DNA of 64,000 nucleotides from Phoronis australis (lineage: Eukaryota > Animalia > Phoronida), in NCBI GenBank assembly GCA_002633005.1, contig NMRA01000069.1:282203-346202 (forward strand), read 5' to 3'. Below the pieces are notes generated by a model, which was given only the letters and a program-made list of their open reading frames with translations, was not told where the DNA came from and ran no database searches. Position 1 is the first letter of the stretch. Each line of letters starts with the position of its first letter. This document shows positions 1-14,155 of the stretch, piece after piece. The position numbers were made by a program, and so were the translations under genes.

Positions 1-917
1 GTTCCAAATGGAAATTCTCTTTTTTCGAAAAGGTGGTACTTATAGTTGAATATATTATAGACACTGATTTTGAAGTCTCAGACTCTTCTAACTTCTAGTT
101 CTAACCTGATGCAGTCTATCCAAAGACGATACATTGGTCATCCATGGATTTTTGTCTAGTTTGTCATATTTAGTGTCGAACTGTCTGCTACTTGGTGCTG
201 CTTGATCGAGTGGTGATGACAATCAAGTTTATGTCACTTTTAGCCTCAGTTGATTGATAGATGGTATATTTTTGTCAAAAATTCTTGATTGAAATTATGT
301 ACAAGTGTGTTCTAAGCCATTTGTCTTGTCACTTTTACTAGGTTTAGTTTTAAATTCTACTGAGTCTATTTGAAGTTGGCGAAGTGAAATTCAAAGTGGT
401 TATGTGAAGTTGTAAAATGTGGACTTTCAATAGTTATGTCAAAAACTGTATGTCTTGCAAAGCTAGCGACACAAGTGCTTGAGGGATTTTCCAGTTTGAG
501 AATCTTTGTTGCATAGTATAAAAACGTATGCATGATTTGTAAATACTCTGTGAGCTGTAGTCTTGTCTGAAATTAGGGTGGTAGTCAAAACAATGGACAA
601 ACATCTCTTGTGACATCAGTCTTTCCTTTGGCTGAGTCATTGGCTTGAGCCAAGAGGTCAGAGTTCACCTGTGACCCCACTGTGTTTGCATTGTGGCCTG
701 ACCTTCCTAAATACAAACAAAATAAATTCTGTCAACAGTAGTATTCAACACCCAGGTCTTTGTTTAATTGGAGGAGTTCAAATATAAATCTGAATGCCTG
801 CTTACTCTGTTCATTAGTAAGTGCCATTGTGTAAGATTTGTCGATTTGATTCAATGTTTGCCTAATTATTGCTAGATAAGCTAACCAGAAGCTACTTTAT
901 GGAAATTACCTTCAAGT

Positions 918-1011
918 TGTTTACCTGAGATTTGTACCAGATGGCCTAACAAAATCTGAGGTGGTGTTTACCTGAGATTTGTGCCAGATGGCCTAACGAA
1001 ATCTGAGGTGG
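918..1011. repeat. Tandem duplication, 2 x ~46 bp
   Basis: tgtttacctgagatttgt(a/g)ccagatggcctaac(a/g)aaatctgaggtgg occurs twice head-to-tail. Confidence 0.85.
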
Positions 1012-3378
1012 CCTTGCCATGAGCTAAAATATATCAGGGTAGCATGTAAGGCACATCTGTTTCTAAATTCTTTTGCCAAAGTTCATGTCAACCATGTGAA
1101 TGCTCCATTTACTGAACTAGAAAATCTGTAGGCATAAAGCAAGTGATTTATAAGCTAGATGGCCATCATTTGTTGACAGCTAATTTTGCTACTACGCTAT
1201 GCCATCACTACACAAAAGCCTCTAATAGCACTGGGCAATTAGATTAAGGTCTTGGTGACCTGCCAAACAAGTACTGAAGAAGTGTCACGCTTGTGATCGT
1301 GATTTTTAGTGCCGCACAGTTTCGGATACCAAAACCTCATCTACGAAGCAGCTTACCTTATTTGCACTGAGTGCACCCAGAGGGGGCTGGGGGTGGGGCT
1401 TTCTTTTATTCAAGAAATGTTACACTGTTGTTTATAACTGTCAGTTAGTTCTTGTTTCTCTTAAAAATAGTCATTTGTTCATTACTGGTGTTATTATACC
1501 AATAAATGTTGTAATATTTAGCAGTGCCTGAAGGTGCTTTTGAACGGATACCTTAAACTCTTAGAATTACGTCATTAAAAATGACACCTAGATGTCAGAA
1601 AAGGAGTTAGTGATTAGGGCAAACAAATAGCCCCATCCCTTGTCATGTTTTGCACAATTTTTGTTAATTTATTTAGAAAGACGAAGACATCATGTTTGGT
1701 ATATTTTCAACTGAATCTGACCTCTGGGAGATGGTTGTGGACTGTGGAGCCAGTTAAGAATTTGGGGCGCTGTCTTCGGAACTACCTCTTGTCAGATTTT
1801 GGTCAGATTTTGCACAATAATTGACTTGTAGAGGAAGACGTGTACCATGAGTTGATTCTGCTCTCTGGTATTTGGGATGGATAATTCTGTTGTTTGAGAG
1901 GGAGTAATTCTGTATTTTGAGGTCCAATGTATTCCCATTAGTATGTTTTGACAAGGAAGGCACATTGAACGCCCTGCTCAAGTCTTCTGAAAACTCTACG
2001 AGGAGGCTTCTAAAATGCCTAAAATCTTAAAATTTTCACTCTTCACTGAGAATCTGTTCCATACAGTAGCTAGAATTGGCTCCACTGTCTTCTTGCTGAG
2101 GCAGAACCCATGTGATTGTTTACCAGTTCAGTTGTCATTTTGAAATTTAATGTTGAAACTGGAAATATCAATTTAAGTTTTAAGTTTCAATGCTCAGTCT
2201 AAAATTGAAAAATGAAATTTTGATAGTCAATATTTCAGGGTTCAGTTGAAGTTGAATCATGAAAATAGTTTGACCAATGCTCCAGTGTTTCGTTTGCCAA
2301 TCTAAATTGCAACCACACTTGCAATCAATATTCCATTTCACTGGTGTTAAGACCCCACACTGTTGTGATTGTTTGCCAAACAGCTAATAGGTCAACAATT
2401 ATTGAGGGTTGCTGCTCGTATACCCTGCTCACCCCAAAACTGTTGTAGCTTTTAAAACTGACTTTAAAGTTATCACTCTCAGTCTGAACTCTTTAAAACC
2501 GGGTTTAAATGTTGGAACTGTAACGCGATTATAACGGCAGTAACTTGGTGTGAACGTGGCAGCTGCAAAACTGTAACTCTCATTGGAAACAATAGGTCAC
2601 CCAGCCAAGCACTAACTGGGGGGAATTAGAAGCCTATAGTACTGATTGATTACTACCGTAGTTAACTAGGGACTATATGTAAATCTTGAACTGGCGTGGT
2701 AGACCTATCAGTCCGGGGCCGAAATGTTCATTTGGTCACTTGCTGTGGTCAACAGGTGGCGTGCAGGCCAGACTTCAAATGTTTTCGATATATTTCCACG
2801 CTGGTTCAAGATACATGTGTATGTACTCGCCAATTTATGGGTTGCATGCCCACTGCTAAATCTGATTGGGTTTCTACGTTTGACCGGAGGTCCCGATGAC
2901 TCAGTGTCTAGAGTGGCTACACAGCTAGAAGGAGGCCCGTCGTTCGAGTCCCGTTCGGGGGTAGAAATCTTCGCCTTAGTGTTCATTACGTCATGTGATG
3001 TGGCCAACAGGTGGTGTGTACACCAGTTTTAAAATGTTTGAGAACACTTTTAACTGTTGTTGTGAATGGTAATGATTACATAATGTAACAGTTACATAGA
3101 AAAAGTTACAAGTGGGTATAGTTGGCCTGAGCACAGCTGTAGTGCTATAGTAGCAGGGATGGAACTATTAATTGACAAAGTCTGGTTCGAACAAATAGAC
3201 AGATAAATTGGCGTTTGGTAGGACAATACACTCTATCCTGCCATGAATTTAATTATTTTTTAGAATTTTAGTGGTATGATTAGTTGCAAGGGTGTTTAGT
3301 GTTATTAAATCATGGAATATTGGTTGTCAAATTTGTCTTATTCAATTTCTGATTATAAGTACTGTAGAATTTTAAAAT

Positions 3379-3480
3379 TCAATCACAGGTGCAGTTCTTA
3401 ATAACATGTATCAATTTAAATTGAATTAAAATCCAATCATAGATGCAGTTCTTAATAACATGTATCAATTTAAATTGAAA
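3379..3480. repeat. Tandem duplication, 2 x ~54 bp
   Basis: caatca..g.tgcagttcttaataacatgtatcaatttaaattgaa is repeated. Confidence 0.8.
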
Positions 3481-3947
3481 ATCTCAGGTTTGATAATTCG
3501 ATTGGAATTGAATGGAGGAACTGGAAACTGCCTGGCGTATTAAACAGCCTGTCAGGATTATCATTTTGGTTTGGCCTTCAGGTTAACCATAACTGGATTA
3601 ATGAGCTATATCATTATACCTCACTGAGTGGACCATGTGCCTGCGGTAGTTTGCAGGTGTTTCACCTGGTTGTAGTGTACCACCTAAACACAAGCACTAG
3701 CACCATCTTTGTTGAAAGAATTTGTTTGATCCCAGATGAACCTCAATGAAAAAATGTACAACATGTTTTATATCAATGTTCGTTTTGTTATATTTCACAT
3801 ACTTTCAGCCAGTCTTATCGTTGGTAACCTCTTTTAACATCTTTTATTTTCTTTAGAAGATTGTACCAAACACAAACCCCAGCTGTTCTGTGGGACTGTC
3901 CATTTGTAAAGCATGAAATCATTGGTCATTGCTAACAGCCTGCTGGG

Positions 3948-4425
3948 CAGGCCTTTATGCAGCGTAGGTCCTGGGCGTCCAAATGGACGCCCTAGCACTA
4001 ATATGGACGCCCTGGCAAGGACGCCCAATGTATCATTTGGACGCCCACTATCAATAGGAACCTTTCAAGTTTGGACTCACACATTGTAATGATCACTAGG
4101 AAGTCTATAAAGACTCAGAGTGGTGGCTCTTTTTTCAAAGCAGGAAGAAATATACAAAGTATATACAATGTTGCTATGCTCACACTTGGTTAATAGCATT
4201 GTAAAAGTCTTGGTCTACACAGTTTTTTTAGTAAAAATGCTCACTACAGAAGGCTGTTTTGTAAATTTAGATGTAAAAAACTTATTCTATGCATTTTTGT
4301 AAAAAAATCTGTGTGTTTGGGGGGATTGCTGGGGGTGAGGGGTTACGCGTCGGAATCATGGACGCCTGGAATATTGGGAACCCCATTTTGGACACCCTAT
4401 TTTCGAAATCCTGGATAAAGGCCTG
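3948..4425. mobile_element. hAT-type non-autonomous element (MITE) in the last ABHD17 intron
   Basis: Termini CAGGCCTTTATGCAG...CTGGATAAAGGCCTG; perfect 8-bp TSD CTGCTGGG at 3940-3947 and 4426-4433; internal tggacgccc subterminal repeats. Confidence 0.85.
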
Positions 4426-4584
4426 CTGCTGGGCAGTGTAACAAGCAGCGACAACATTAGTTTACAAGGGAAAATGACTCCTTAGTGAACAGTGAAGACA
4501 AACTAGCAGAAAGCACCAGTGCAAAAGTGTCAGATGTGAACTAAGTTTGAATGCGTATTAACCTGTGACCCTGTCTGATTTCAG

Positions 4585-4807
4585 CATCGAGAAGGCACCC
4601 AAGATTACCTCCCCTGTCTTGGTAATCCATGGCACGGATGATGAGGTGATCGACTTCTCGCATGGCTTGGCCATTTACGAGCGATGTCCGCGCACGGTGG
4701 AGCCGCTGTGGGTAGAAGGGGCCGGTCACAACGACGTAGAGCTCTACGGCCAATATCTTGATCGTCTGAAGCAGTTCATCAATGTTGAGTTGTCTAATAT
4801 ACCATAG
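4585..4807 (+). CDS. ABHD17: ABHD17-family alpha/beta hydrolase (protein depalmitoylase), final coding exon; upstream exons lie outside the window
   Basis: Acceptor tttcag|C at 4584/4585; [69 protein letters not shown] is near-identical to the ABHD17A/B/C C-terminus, with catalytic Asp (HGTDDEVI) and His (GAGHND); TAG at 4805-4807. Confidence 0.96.
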
Positions 4808-6885
4808 ACATGAGTGCAGTGTTCGTAGTTGGGCAGCAGAGGGGGGGAGTGTGAGACATGTGAAGCAATGGCAACTATTTTCTTAGGAATGATGATTTCT
4901 CATGTCCAGTAGATGATCTGACTAGGGTTTGATAAGAGATTTGGTGTTATACCTAATCTGTTTCATGGCGTTTTGCCTCAGTTATACGAAAATGACTCCT
5001 CAGCTAGAGTTATTTTGCGAAACTTTGACCTTAGCTTCAACGCTGACTCATTAAATATCACATCTGTTTCATGGTAATATCTCACCAATTTTCGCAATAA
5101 ATGAAGACCCGAATTGACCCTTTTCATTTTTACAAAGCTTCCGACTTTTTTATGAATATTCACATTTTTCATAACATTGTCTCATGGTACATAGGTATAG
5201 TACAGAGCTTGGAAATTGTAAAACATTACTTTATTGCTACTTAACATTCATTAGAAAAATACGAAACTAACTATTCGTTATTTGTTTAAGATAATGTTTA
5301 CTTTTGTAATATAATTAAATCTCCATTGAGCAAAAGTGCAAAGTCTCTGAGAATTGCACATCACCGCTTGTTGCTGAGATAATATCTATAAATTATTTCT
5401 AGGCTGACACGCTAAAACTTTATTCTGAAATTGTGAAGTGAGGAGTAAAGTCAAATTTCTGTCTTAGATTCTAAAGTCAGTTTCATGAAACTGATCCAGG
5501 AGTATAGTCTTGGCGTACAAAAATGAAGTACAGTAAAAATGCAGTCGGGCATGCACGAGTCGGATTTATACTTAACTGGGTCAAAGTTCAGCTGTACCGT
5601 AGTTCTAGTTAGGGCTATTGGCCTTTCAGATAATTAGGATTTATAGTATTGCTGTGTGCTTGGGTCCAACTTATGCCAGTTTTACTGTATTTCTCGTTCT
5701 CCGCGTAGAAAGTATTGGAGTCAGTCATTCTGAGGTCGCCATTATTGAGTAATCTTGAATCTCCTAGTTTATCAGCGGTGCATTTGCTAGAAAGGTTGGA
5801 AGGAATAGTTACAAATTTAAAGCCGGTACTGGGGGGTGAGGTGATGGCCTAGGGTGTTCTGCTGGAATATGTCTGGAGTGTTGTTGTATACCTCTTCGTA
5901 ATTGCAAAGAGGTCTGGAATCACTAGTGGAATAGAATATATGCGTATCGTGCAATGTCGTCTTGTTGCGTGACACTGAGTAGTGGTGACAGCTTGGGACT
6001 AACATTGATGCACGTCATTCCCACATGACATCATTGTACATTCTGTAATTTGAGTAAAGTCTTGCAGAGGAATCTTTCATTATACCATGCGACCTTTTTA
6101 TGGCCGTCCACACCTGTTGCGCAAGAATCCCTGAGCAGACAGGTATATTTCATTTAGCCTCCTGTTTGGGAAATGTACTACGTGTTTCATCTACTCCAAA
6201 TAAACAATTCCCCTTGGTCCACATTTGATGTCTCCCTCTTTTGGTGAAAAAGCCAATTCAACTCCTAGGTTTAGTTACTGTCGTGGAATTTTTGTTTTTG
6301 AACTTAACCGTGCATGTCAATCAAGCTAAAATAATGTTTGATGTGAGAACACGAAGATATTTTGTTGATAATCAGCTTCAAAATGTTTGGATGCTCGGCT
6401 AACAAATTTCTCTTTAAAGACCAGCTTTTGTTCTCGTGTGCTTAAGAGTTCCATTAGGCAAAATGCATCACTGAAATTAATTAATTTTGTATCCTAATTT
6501 TCACTTCGTGAGCATTTCTCCTCACCAGGCCTTAATGTTGAATCGCTGTGACTTCATCTTTTACAACACCTAGGTGGGTGGTGCTCTGCCTATTTATGGA
6601 CAGGCATATTCCCCCATAGATTTGAAATTCCAGTCCTGTTGTCCCTTCTTTTGCCAGTAAAATTCAGCCCCCCTCCCCCCGCCTTCTAGTCATCACCAAC
6701 AAAATATAACCCTGCTTTCCTGGCCCTGTCAACCTTTCTGGAAAATATTGAACTACAATTATGGATGGTACGTTTGATAAAAATGACTGCTACAGTAGTT
6801 AGCAGCAAGTTATTGTGGTCTAGTACCAGCATTCTCACCAGGGGCTGTCCTCTAATCTTTGTACTCTAATCCGAACTCCAACTTG

Positions 6886-7163
6886 TTATTGTCGTTTTCC
6901 ATTCTTCTTGAATACAAACTCAAAATATGTGTCTGGTTTACGTAGACGAGTTCCTGTTCCAAGTTTGTGTTTCATGACCCCTCGATTTGAGCTACAAACT
7001 TGAGTAAAAACTCGAGATTTCAAATAAAAACTTTTGAATTCAGACTCGAAGAAGTCAAATGCAAATTAGGATTAGACAGTCACCCATGTAAACTGTAACA
7101 TACTCTAGCACAAAATCGCAGATGCTCGAGTTTGTATTAAAATAGAATGGAAAATGTCAATAA
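6886..7163. mobile_element. Degenerate MITE / inverted repeat downstream of the ABHD17 stop
   Basis: ttattgtcgttttccattcttcttgaatacaaactc pairs with gagtttgtattaaaatagaatggaaaatgtcaataa; related sequence near 53500-53670. Confidence 0.6.
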
Positions 7164-10100
7164 GTATGATTTTGAGCCCAGGCTTAGGCCTTTTGACTGT
7201 GGGGGTGTGCCACTTTGAAATTTGAACCCCTACGCCGAGAATTTCTAGGGAAGATTTTGTTCATTCGTGGTTGAACTGTTCCCTCAAAAGTTTAGTGTTG
7301 AGTGAAACGCTGTCTCCTGGACATTACATGATATTATCCTGATCCGATTGCAAGCATGTTTGTTTTGTTGTAAACTGAAGCATTTTTTATGACTCCGTTA
7401 AAGGTTACACCTGCTAACATATATTTAACGAAATGAATCTCCGTAAATTACTGAGGCTTGGTATTAAAGATTTAAGATCACTATGCATAGCTAACACCAT
7501 TAGCTCTGGATAGCTTTGTGTTTGTGATTAACTGATCCTCGTGGAATAGACCGTTTTTATGCTGCATCAGATCAATTGGTACTGATGCGTGTGTTGAGGT
7601 TGCACTGTTTGTATATAATTGACTTTTATTGAGATGGATGTTGAGGCTATTTTGAAAACATTTCTTGTTATGTGTAATATTCAAATGTCAGTTGGGTTCT
7701 GAAGGCAAAATGTTATAGACAGAACCGCTTTCTGCGATGTCGGTATAAACAATTATAAATTCTGAAAAGAAAAGTGTTTTGTTTTCTAGTCCCTAACTTG
7801 AAGAGAGAATGCCCATTAGTGAGCAATAAATAGTTGTTAGGTCAGTTCTGTATTGGAAAAAATTGCAAAGTTGAGGTCAGTCAAAAGATTAAGGATTATT
7901 TATTGCTAGTTAGGATTTGACTTCAGTGTTAACCTCCGGCAAAAAAGTTCCATTTTGTGCATTTCTTCAGTTTAGATTAAAATGTTAAATTTTAACTCAA
8001 TGTCTTGAAGCAGTTCCATAATTTTAGACACCATAATAATTTTGTATGCTTCAATAGCCAAATAGTTTCATTTCAAAGTCTTTAGACAAATACTGGATAT
8101 TTTGTCTGTATCTTATTTCATAGTTTGGTTCAGTGCATCAAATTTAAATGTGCACAGGATTAACAAAGTTTGGTGTGTTGTGCATGCATTTTGAATTGGT
8201 TCGGATCTAGTGTTATGCCCAAAGGGTCTTACAATGGTCTTACAATGGTCTGACAATGGTCTGACAATTGGGGGCACTCCATATGCCTCCTTTAAAACAG
8301 CGTAGATGTGGTCTAACAGTGCCGTCCAGACCATCGTGATCTCCTATCAATCTGCGCCTGCGAATGTTAGCTGAAGTTTGGATTGTAAAAATATGACCAA
8401 GCCTGTCATTGAGGGACCAACTCATTGGCTCTGGTGATTTAAATGTGCAGTGTCTTGCAAGGTTTCCTAAGTGTTCGCATAGTGTTGACCAACGTGTGTG
8501 TGACCGATTGTCCGTTCTACGAAAATTGTATCATTTCAAGTGCTTACCGGGATTCTGAGTTCTTGAATAACTAATGATTTAGAACAATTAAAAGTATGTC
8601 TGGCGGCTGGCAATTTGAATGTGGAAATCGGAACTACTGTGTTGTCACACCCACGGACATTGTACTTTAGAAACACTGACAAGACACAGAGTTTCAGGTT
8701 CAAAGTAATACATTTCCTTTAGCTGCTGTTAAATCTCGTCAATTTGGGACACAGTATGGCAAGCAGTAAAATTCCATTAACGTAAATTTTTATTAAAGTT
8801 CTACAAGTAACACTAAATTAATGTCTGTTGACAATATTTTGAAAAATTGTCAGCATTAACAATGTTGAAAGCTTTTGAAAATCGAAAATAGGTCATTCTG
8901 ACATTTATTTTTGGCCGAAATTGGGGAGATTTTACTGCATTTGAAATGATGCATCTTCAAAGTTTAACATTGTTTGTGTTTTTAATCTCACATTTCACTA
9001 TGTGGGTTCTGTTTCATTAAAAGTGACTTAACTTAAGACTTTAGTCAGAAATTTTGGTTTTACGATCCGCACAAATATTTTTTAATAATATTTTTTAATT
9101 TCATTTTATCTTGAGCAGAAAATGGAAAGTCTTGAGAATGTACACATAACTGCTAGTTACTGACTGAGATAATTTTGTATAACTTGTTTCTAGACGGTGA
9201 TGGGCTCATTGTTACTTGGCTAAATCATTATTCCTAATTGGGAAATGGGGGCGTAGGGCCAAATTACTGTCTTCAGTTTTGAGTCAGTTTCCATGATGCA
9301 GATCCCTGAAGTTGTACATATATTTAGAACAGATAGTACCAAGAGTAGGTTTTCAGTGTTTTAAAATGTTTTAAATGTGAATTGTTTTTGATAGACAACT
9401 TATGAGTTTTAAGTTGACTGGTTCTTGTTATTTGGTGAGATCTGTGGTGTTTGGTTGGTACTCTTTGGATACAAGTTGCTGTAGCAACATACCCCTCTGC
9501 CATCAACTTGTTTACTTACTGATTTAGGGAATTGGTAGGAATTTTTAGCTCATTGGTTCCTAACTTGTGAGAGTTTGGCATGGGTTGCAGGTCATTTTTT
9601 CATTTTAAAGATTTAAGTAATCTTGTGCTACTTAATATGTCAATAGGTGAATACTGGGTTTGGTATATGAGTTTCTGGGTTTAATCAGGCAAGTTTCGTT
9701 TGCAAATGCAATGAGTCACCTTCAGCTGGATCCAACTGGACCTAGAGTTTTTACATAAGTAAGGGGAAATTTGACTGAAGATGCAGTGCACAAACTAAGC
9801 TAAGAACAGCTATACCATGGAACTTCGTCCAAACACGGCAATTCTTCAGTTATTTTGCATAAAAATAATTGGAAAAATTGTCATTTTTTTAATTTTCAAA
9901 GGTCAATTATTTTGCTACATATAATTCTAACTTTGCCAAATGTTGCTTTTCAACATCGTATAAGCCCAGCTATTGATGGACTAGAATTCTCTTAATCTTT
10001 ATTTTTATTTAATAAGATTGAAAAAAAATTCATCAGTTCGTTATATTGTGTGCTAAATTGGCGAGGAATGACCGTATGCAAATGTCTTACTTATCCGTGA

Positions 10101-10639
10101 CAGAATTGGAGCAATTTTTTTCGTCAGCAAGCTCGGTGTTTCCTCACCAATTTAGAATGTAGGGCAATGTGTTTGTGCATATACCACGCTAGTCATGAAA
10201 TCTGTGTAGACATATTGATCAAAAGTTTATTTTTCCGTTCGCTTGCTTTTGTTTTGAAGAGATCTATCACTTCAAAGTTTTAGTTTTGTTTGATTTTTAG
10301 CAGATTCTTTTGATTTGGTAACTGAAGGTCATTCATGACGCGCATAACTGTTAGTTCACAGTAGCATCTATCTGTCAAGGTAGGTTTAATATGCAGTAAG
10401 GCCCACACAATCATTTTTCTGTTGTATTAGTGAGAAAGGGTTTAGTGTTGGAATTAATTGTAAATATTGTAAATTATGCGTGTTGTTGGTGTAACGTTGA
10501 AAGTGTAAAAAATCTTACAGATTAAATATTTGTTTTATTTTACATTTAAAAATATAATTTAGAAATACACTTATTGTCTTTGAATTTTACTCCACGTGTG
10601 GCGCAATGATGTCGACTGTTACGGCATTGATGCAAAATG

Positions 10640-10960
10640 TTCCAGGTGAAATCTCAAAATAACTTTCCAAATTATTCTTCGTTTTCGCTTCATGCAACTT
10701 GTGAGTTTATTCACGAGTCATATACGTTCCATTTTTGGATAGCCCCTCGTGCAAAAGTGAATTTTTTTAAACAATTCCAAACAATGTTTTGGAGAATAAT
10801 GCATAAAGCTAAAGCCTGGTATCTCCTAGTTTCATGTGAACCTGTTCAGCCATTTCTGAGATCTTTAAGTAATGTTTCAAACTTAGCCACATTTGGACAA
10901 TTTTCTACGGTCCTATTTGACCTTAAAGGGGCAATAAAGAAAATTATTTTGTACAAAAAA
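10640..10960 (+). repeat. Interspersed repeat family, further copies near 22470-22650 and 51560-51830
   Basis: Shared block ttttgatagcccctcgtgcaaaagtg followed by ...gc(c/g)atttctgagat. Confidence 0.6.
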
Positions 10961-11540
10961 ACAACTTTTGACTTCGGGAGCGTTCTCATATTACGTCATC
11001 ACTTAAGGGAGAATTTGGAAAGAGGACGATTTACAACAGAGGTGATAGTGGGTTGGACTTACGGCGACTTCATCATATTTATTAGAACACCTCCATCACG
11101 GCATATATCGTTGGGAGACGTGTTCACATTGAGAATTGATCTATTCCAAAACCGGGACCTGCCATTTCATGCTTCCAGGATTTCATGTATCAATAGGCTT
11201 GCATGTACCTTATAAACATATGCACAGCTGCAGGCAAACGACAGCCCCACTCTCAGTACCTAAACATATCACTGACCATCAACAGTCACCTAGTACATCG
11301 AGGCATGATCAGGACGTCCAGCGATGGGCGTGGTCACGTTTTGCAGGGGGGTGGGATTTACATTGTGAGCTTGACATCCAGCCTTGTGATGGAATTTAAT
11401 TTTTCATGTTGTAATTGTTTTACCTTTCATACCATACCTCAAGCTTCATTGTTAAATTTCAAGTTTTGCTCTGCACAGTGCTGATTCAGTGGAGACTGGA
11501 CACAGAGTAACAGATTGATGGCATTGTTAGGAGTCCTTAT

Positions 11541-13886
11541 TAAAAAATTTTGTTTCCCAGCCTTATCTTCACTCCTCTGACGTAGGTAGCAATGTACTTT
11601 CATTATTTTATGTTTAATTGTAAGAAATTGTACTGCCATTGAGTCCACTTTTCGTGTTGGGGTTCTCTAACTGTTGAGCTAAAACATTTTTTAAAAAATG
11701 CAGGCCTGCAAATAAAATGTTCTTGTGTAGCAACAATTGTAGGATGAAAACCTACGATTCCTCAAATCATTTATTATAATTTCTAAAAAAAATGATTTTA
11801 TCCATGAAATATTCTAGTAAGCATTAGAAGATCATGATTTCATAGTTGAAATGGCGTACTTTATTTCATTGCTGACTACAACAGCGGTAAGTGTAACTTG
11901 CAATGAATAAGACATTAGTTTCTCATGAGAATCATCAGAACTGTTCTTCCAAAAACAGGCTGGATGGTGTCTTTATATCAGGACAACTGGTGACGACAGA
12001 GGATGGATGGGGTAAAAAGTGGAAAGTTTTGGATGGTGTAATATGTGAACGCTCCCGTAAGCCATTAACTGCTAAAATTAGTCTCTTCTTGTTCCTTAGT
12101 TAGTGAGATAAAAATGATGAACTGACATGTCACTGCACCCTCCCTCACACCAGTTGCTTGATACAGTGGGTTAGTTTCAGTGGCCAAAGCAGTATGGTGA
12201 TCAGGGAAATTCTAGGCGATTTATTGAAACGGATACAAACATGATGACCCTTTGGGCGACCAAACACTACTGTGAAGAAATGTAATGTTTTTAACAACAG
12301 TTACCGCAGCTCTATGTTACGTTCAAACAGTCGAATATGGTACTCCTCAGTTACACCATAGACACTACTTGCAAGTATTCACTAGCGGCACCTGGTGTGA
12401 TGCACCTCTTATTTCTGGCAAGCTCATCAGCAAAAGGTACCCGCTCATCCAAAACCTTTACGGCAAACAGATGGCGCTTCTCATNGTAAGCATATACATG
12501 CCAATTTTCACAATCATCCTTTGAGCGATTTGGTTGATAGAGGGGTGGATGCACAAAAACAGACTCGAAAACACTAAAAATGGCCACTAGGTGGCGCAAA
12601 CTATGTCGAATCCATCTGAAAACGGGAGGATAGCGTCATCTCACTAATAGGTGCCTACATACCAAATTTCATGAAAATCCGTTCAGGACTTTTGAAGATA
12701 CAAAGGTAAGCGTAAAAAACTAAAATTGCCACTGGGGGGCACACCGGTAGTTGGATCCGTCCGAAAGTTCGCACATGCCGTCCCATTCATGAATGGAACA
12801 TATGTGCCAAATTTCATGAACATATGTCAAAGGGTTTTGGAGATAGAGCAGCGGACGCCAGACGGACGCTGCCCGGACGAACGGACAGAGATGACGGCAT
12901 AATGCGTCCACATATAAATATGTGGGCGCATAAAAATTGTGTTTCCCAGCCTTATCTTCACTCCTCTGACATAGGTAGGAATGTACTTTCATTACTTTAC
13001 GTTTTATTGTAAGAAATTGTACAACTGATTAACACTAGTCAGCAACAATAAATTATTTCAATGTTACGTCTTAGGTCATGTTTAAATCTGCCACTGAGTC
13101 TACTTTTCGTGTAGGGGTTCTCTAACTATTGAGCTAAAACATTTTTTAAAAAATGCAGGCCTGCAAATAAAATGTTTTTGTGTAGCACACAACATACGTA
13201 TCAACAGTTGTAGGATGAAAAGCTATGATTCCTCAAATCACTTACTACAATTTAAAAAAAATGATTTTATCCATGCAATATTCTAGTAAGCATTAGAAGA
13301 TCATGATTTCATAGTTGAAATGGCGTACTTTATTTCATTGCTGACTACAACAGCGGTAAGTGTAACTTGCAATGAATAAGACATTAGTTTCTCATGAGAA
13401 TCATAAGAACTGTTCTTCCAAAAACAGGCTGGATGGTGGGTTTATATCAGGACAACTGGTGACGACAGAGGATGGATGGGGTAAAAAGTGGAAATTTTTG
13501 GATGGTGTAATATGTGAACGCTCCCTTAAGCCATTAACTGCTAAACACTAGTCTCCTCTTGTTCCTTAGTTAGTGAGATAAAAATTATGAACTGACATGT
13601 CACTGCACCCTCCCTCACACCAGTGGGTTAGTTTCAGTGGCCAAAGCAGTATGGTGATCAGGGAAATTCTAAGCGATTTATTGAAACAGATGCAAACATG
13701 ATGACCCTTTGGGCGACCAAACATGACTGTGAAGAAATGTAATGTTTTTAACAACAGTTACCGCAGCTCTATGTTACGTTCAAACAGTCGAATATGGTAC
13801 TCCTCAATTACACCATAGACACTACTTGCAAGTATTCACTAGCGGCACCTGGTGTGATGCACCTCTTATTTCTGGCAAGCTCATCA
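11541..13886. repeat. ~0.9-kb direct duplication (11541-12429 and 12931-13886) spanning a single-N join at 12485
   Basis: Long near-identical text in both copies with scattered SNPs and indels; probably two haplotypes or a tandem duplication. Confidence 0.85.
12486..12935 (+). mobile_element. 3' part of a Helentron-associated (HINE-like) non-autonomous element with ~145-bp internal subrepeats
   Basis: Subrepeats containing (g/a)ccaaatttcatgaa and gccactaggtggcgc; cggac microsatellite-like tract; terminal hairpin atgcgtccacatat-aa-atatgtgggcgcat followed by an A-run. Confidence 0.6.
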
Positions 13887-14155
13887 ACTCCTAACAGGAA
13901 GCTGATCTGTGTGTTGGAAGAGACTGGCGCCTCTTCTTGGAATTTCATAGGAACATATCCAAGTAGCGAATTCGTGCCCATGATTTTACTGATTATGTAC
14001 CACTTCTTGGCATGATTTAAAAAGGTCTTTAAAAGAGCATGCTGACTTGACTGAAATTACACAATCTGGGCCATCCTAGACCTCTCTGGCAATGATGCAC
14101 TTGCAGACCCTCGAGCTCCCTACACAAGTATGAATTCTAAAATCCAAAGTTGACT

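Noticed and set aside
10637-11215. 192-aa ORF
   Set aside because: Overlaps an interspersed repeat; no domain-like signature or supporting exon structure
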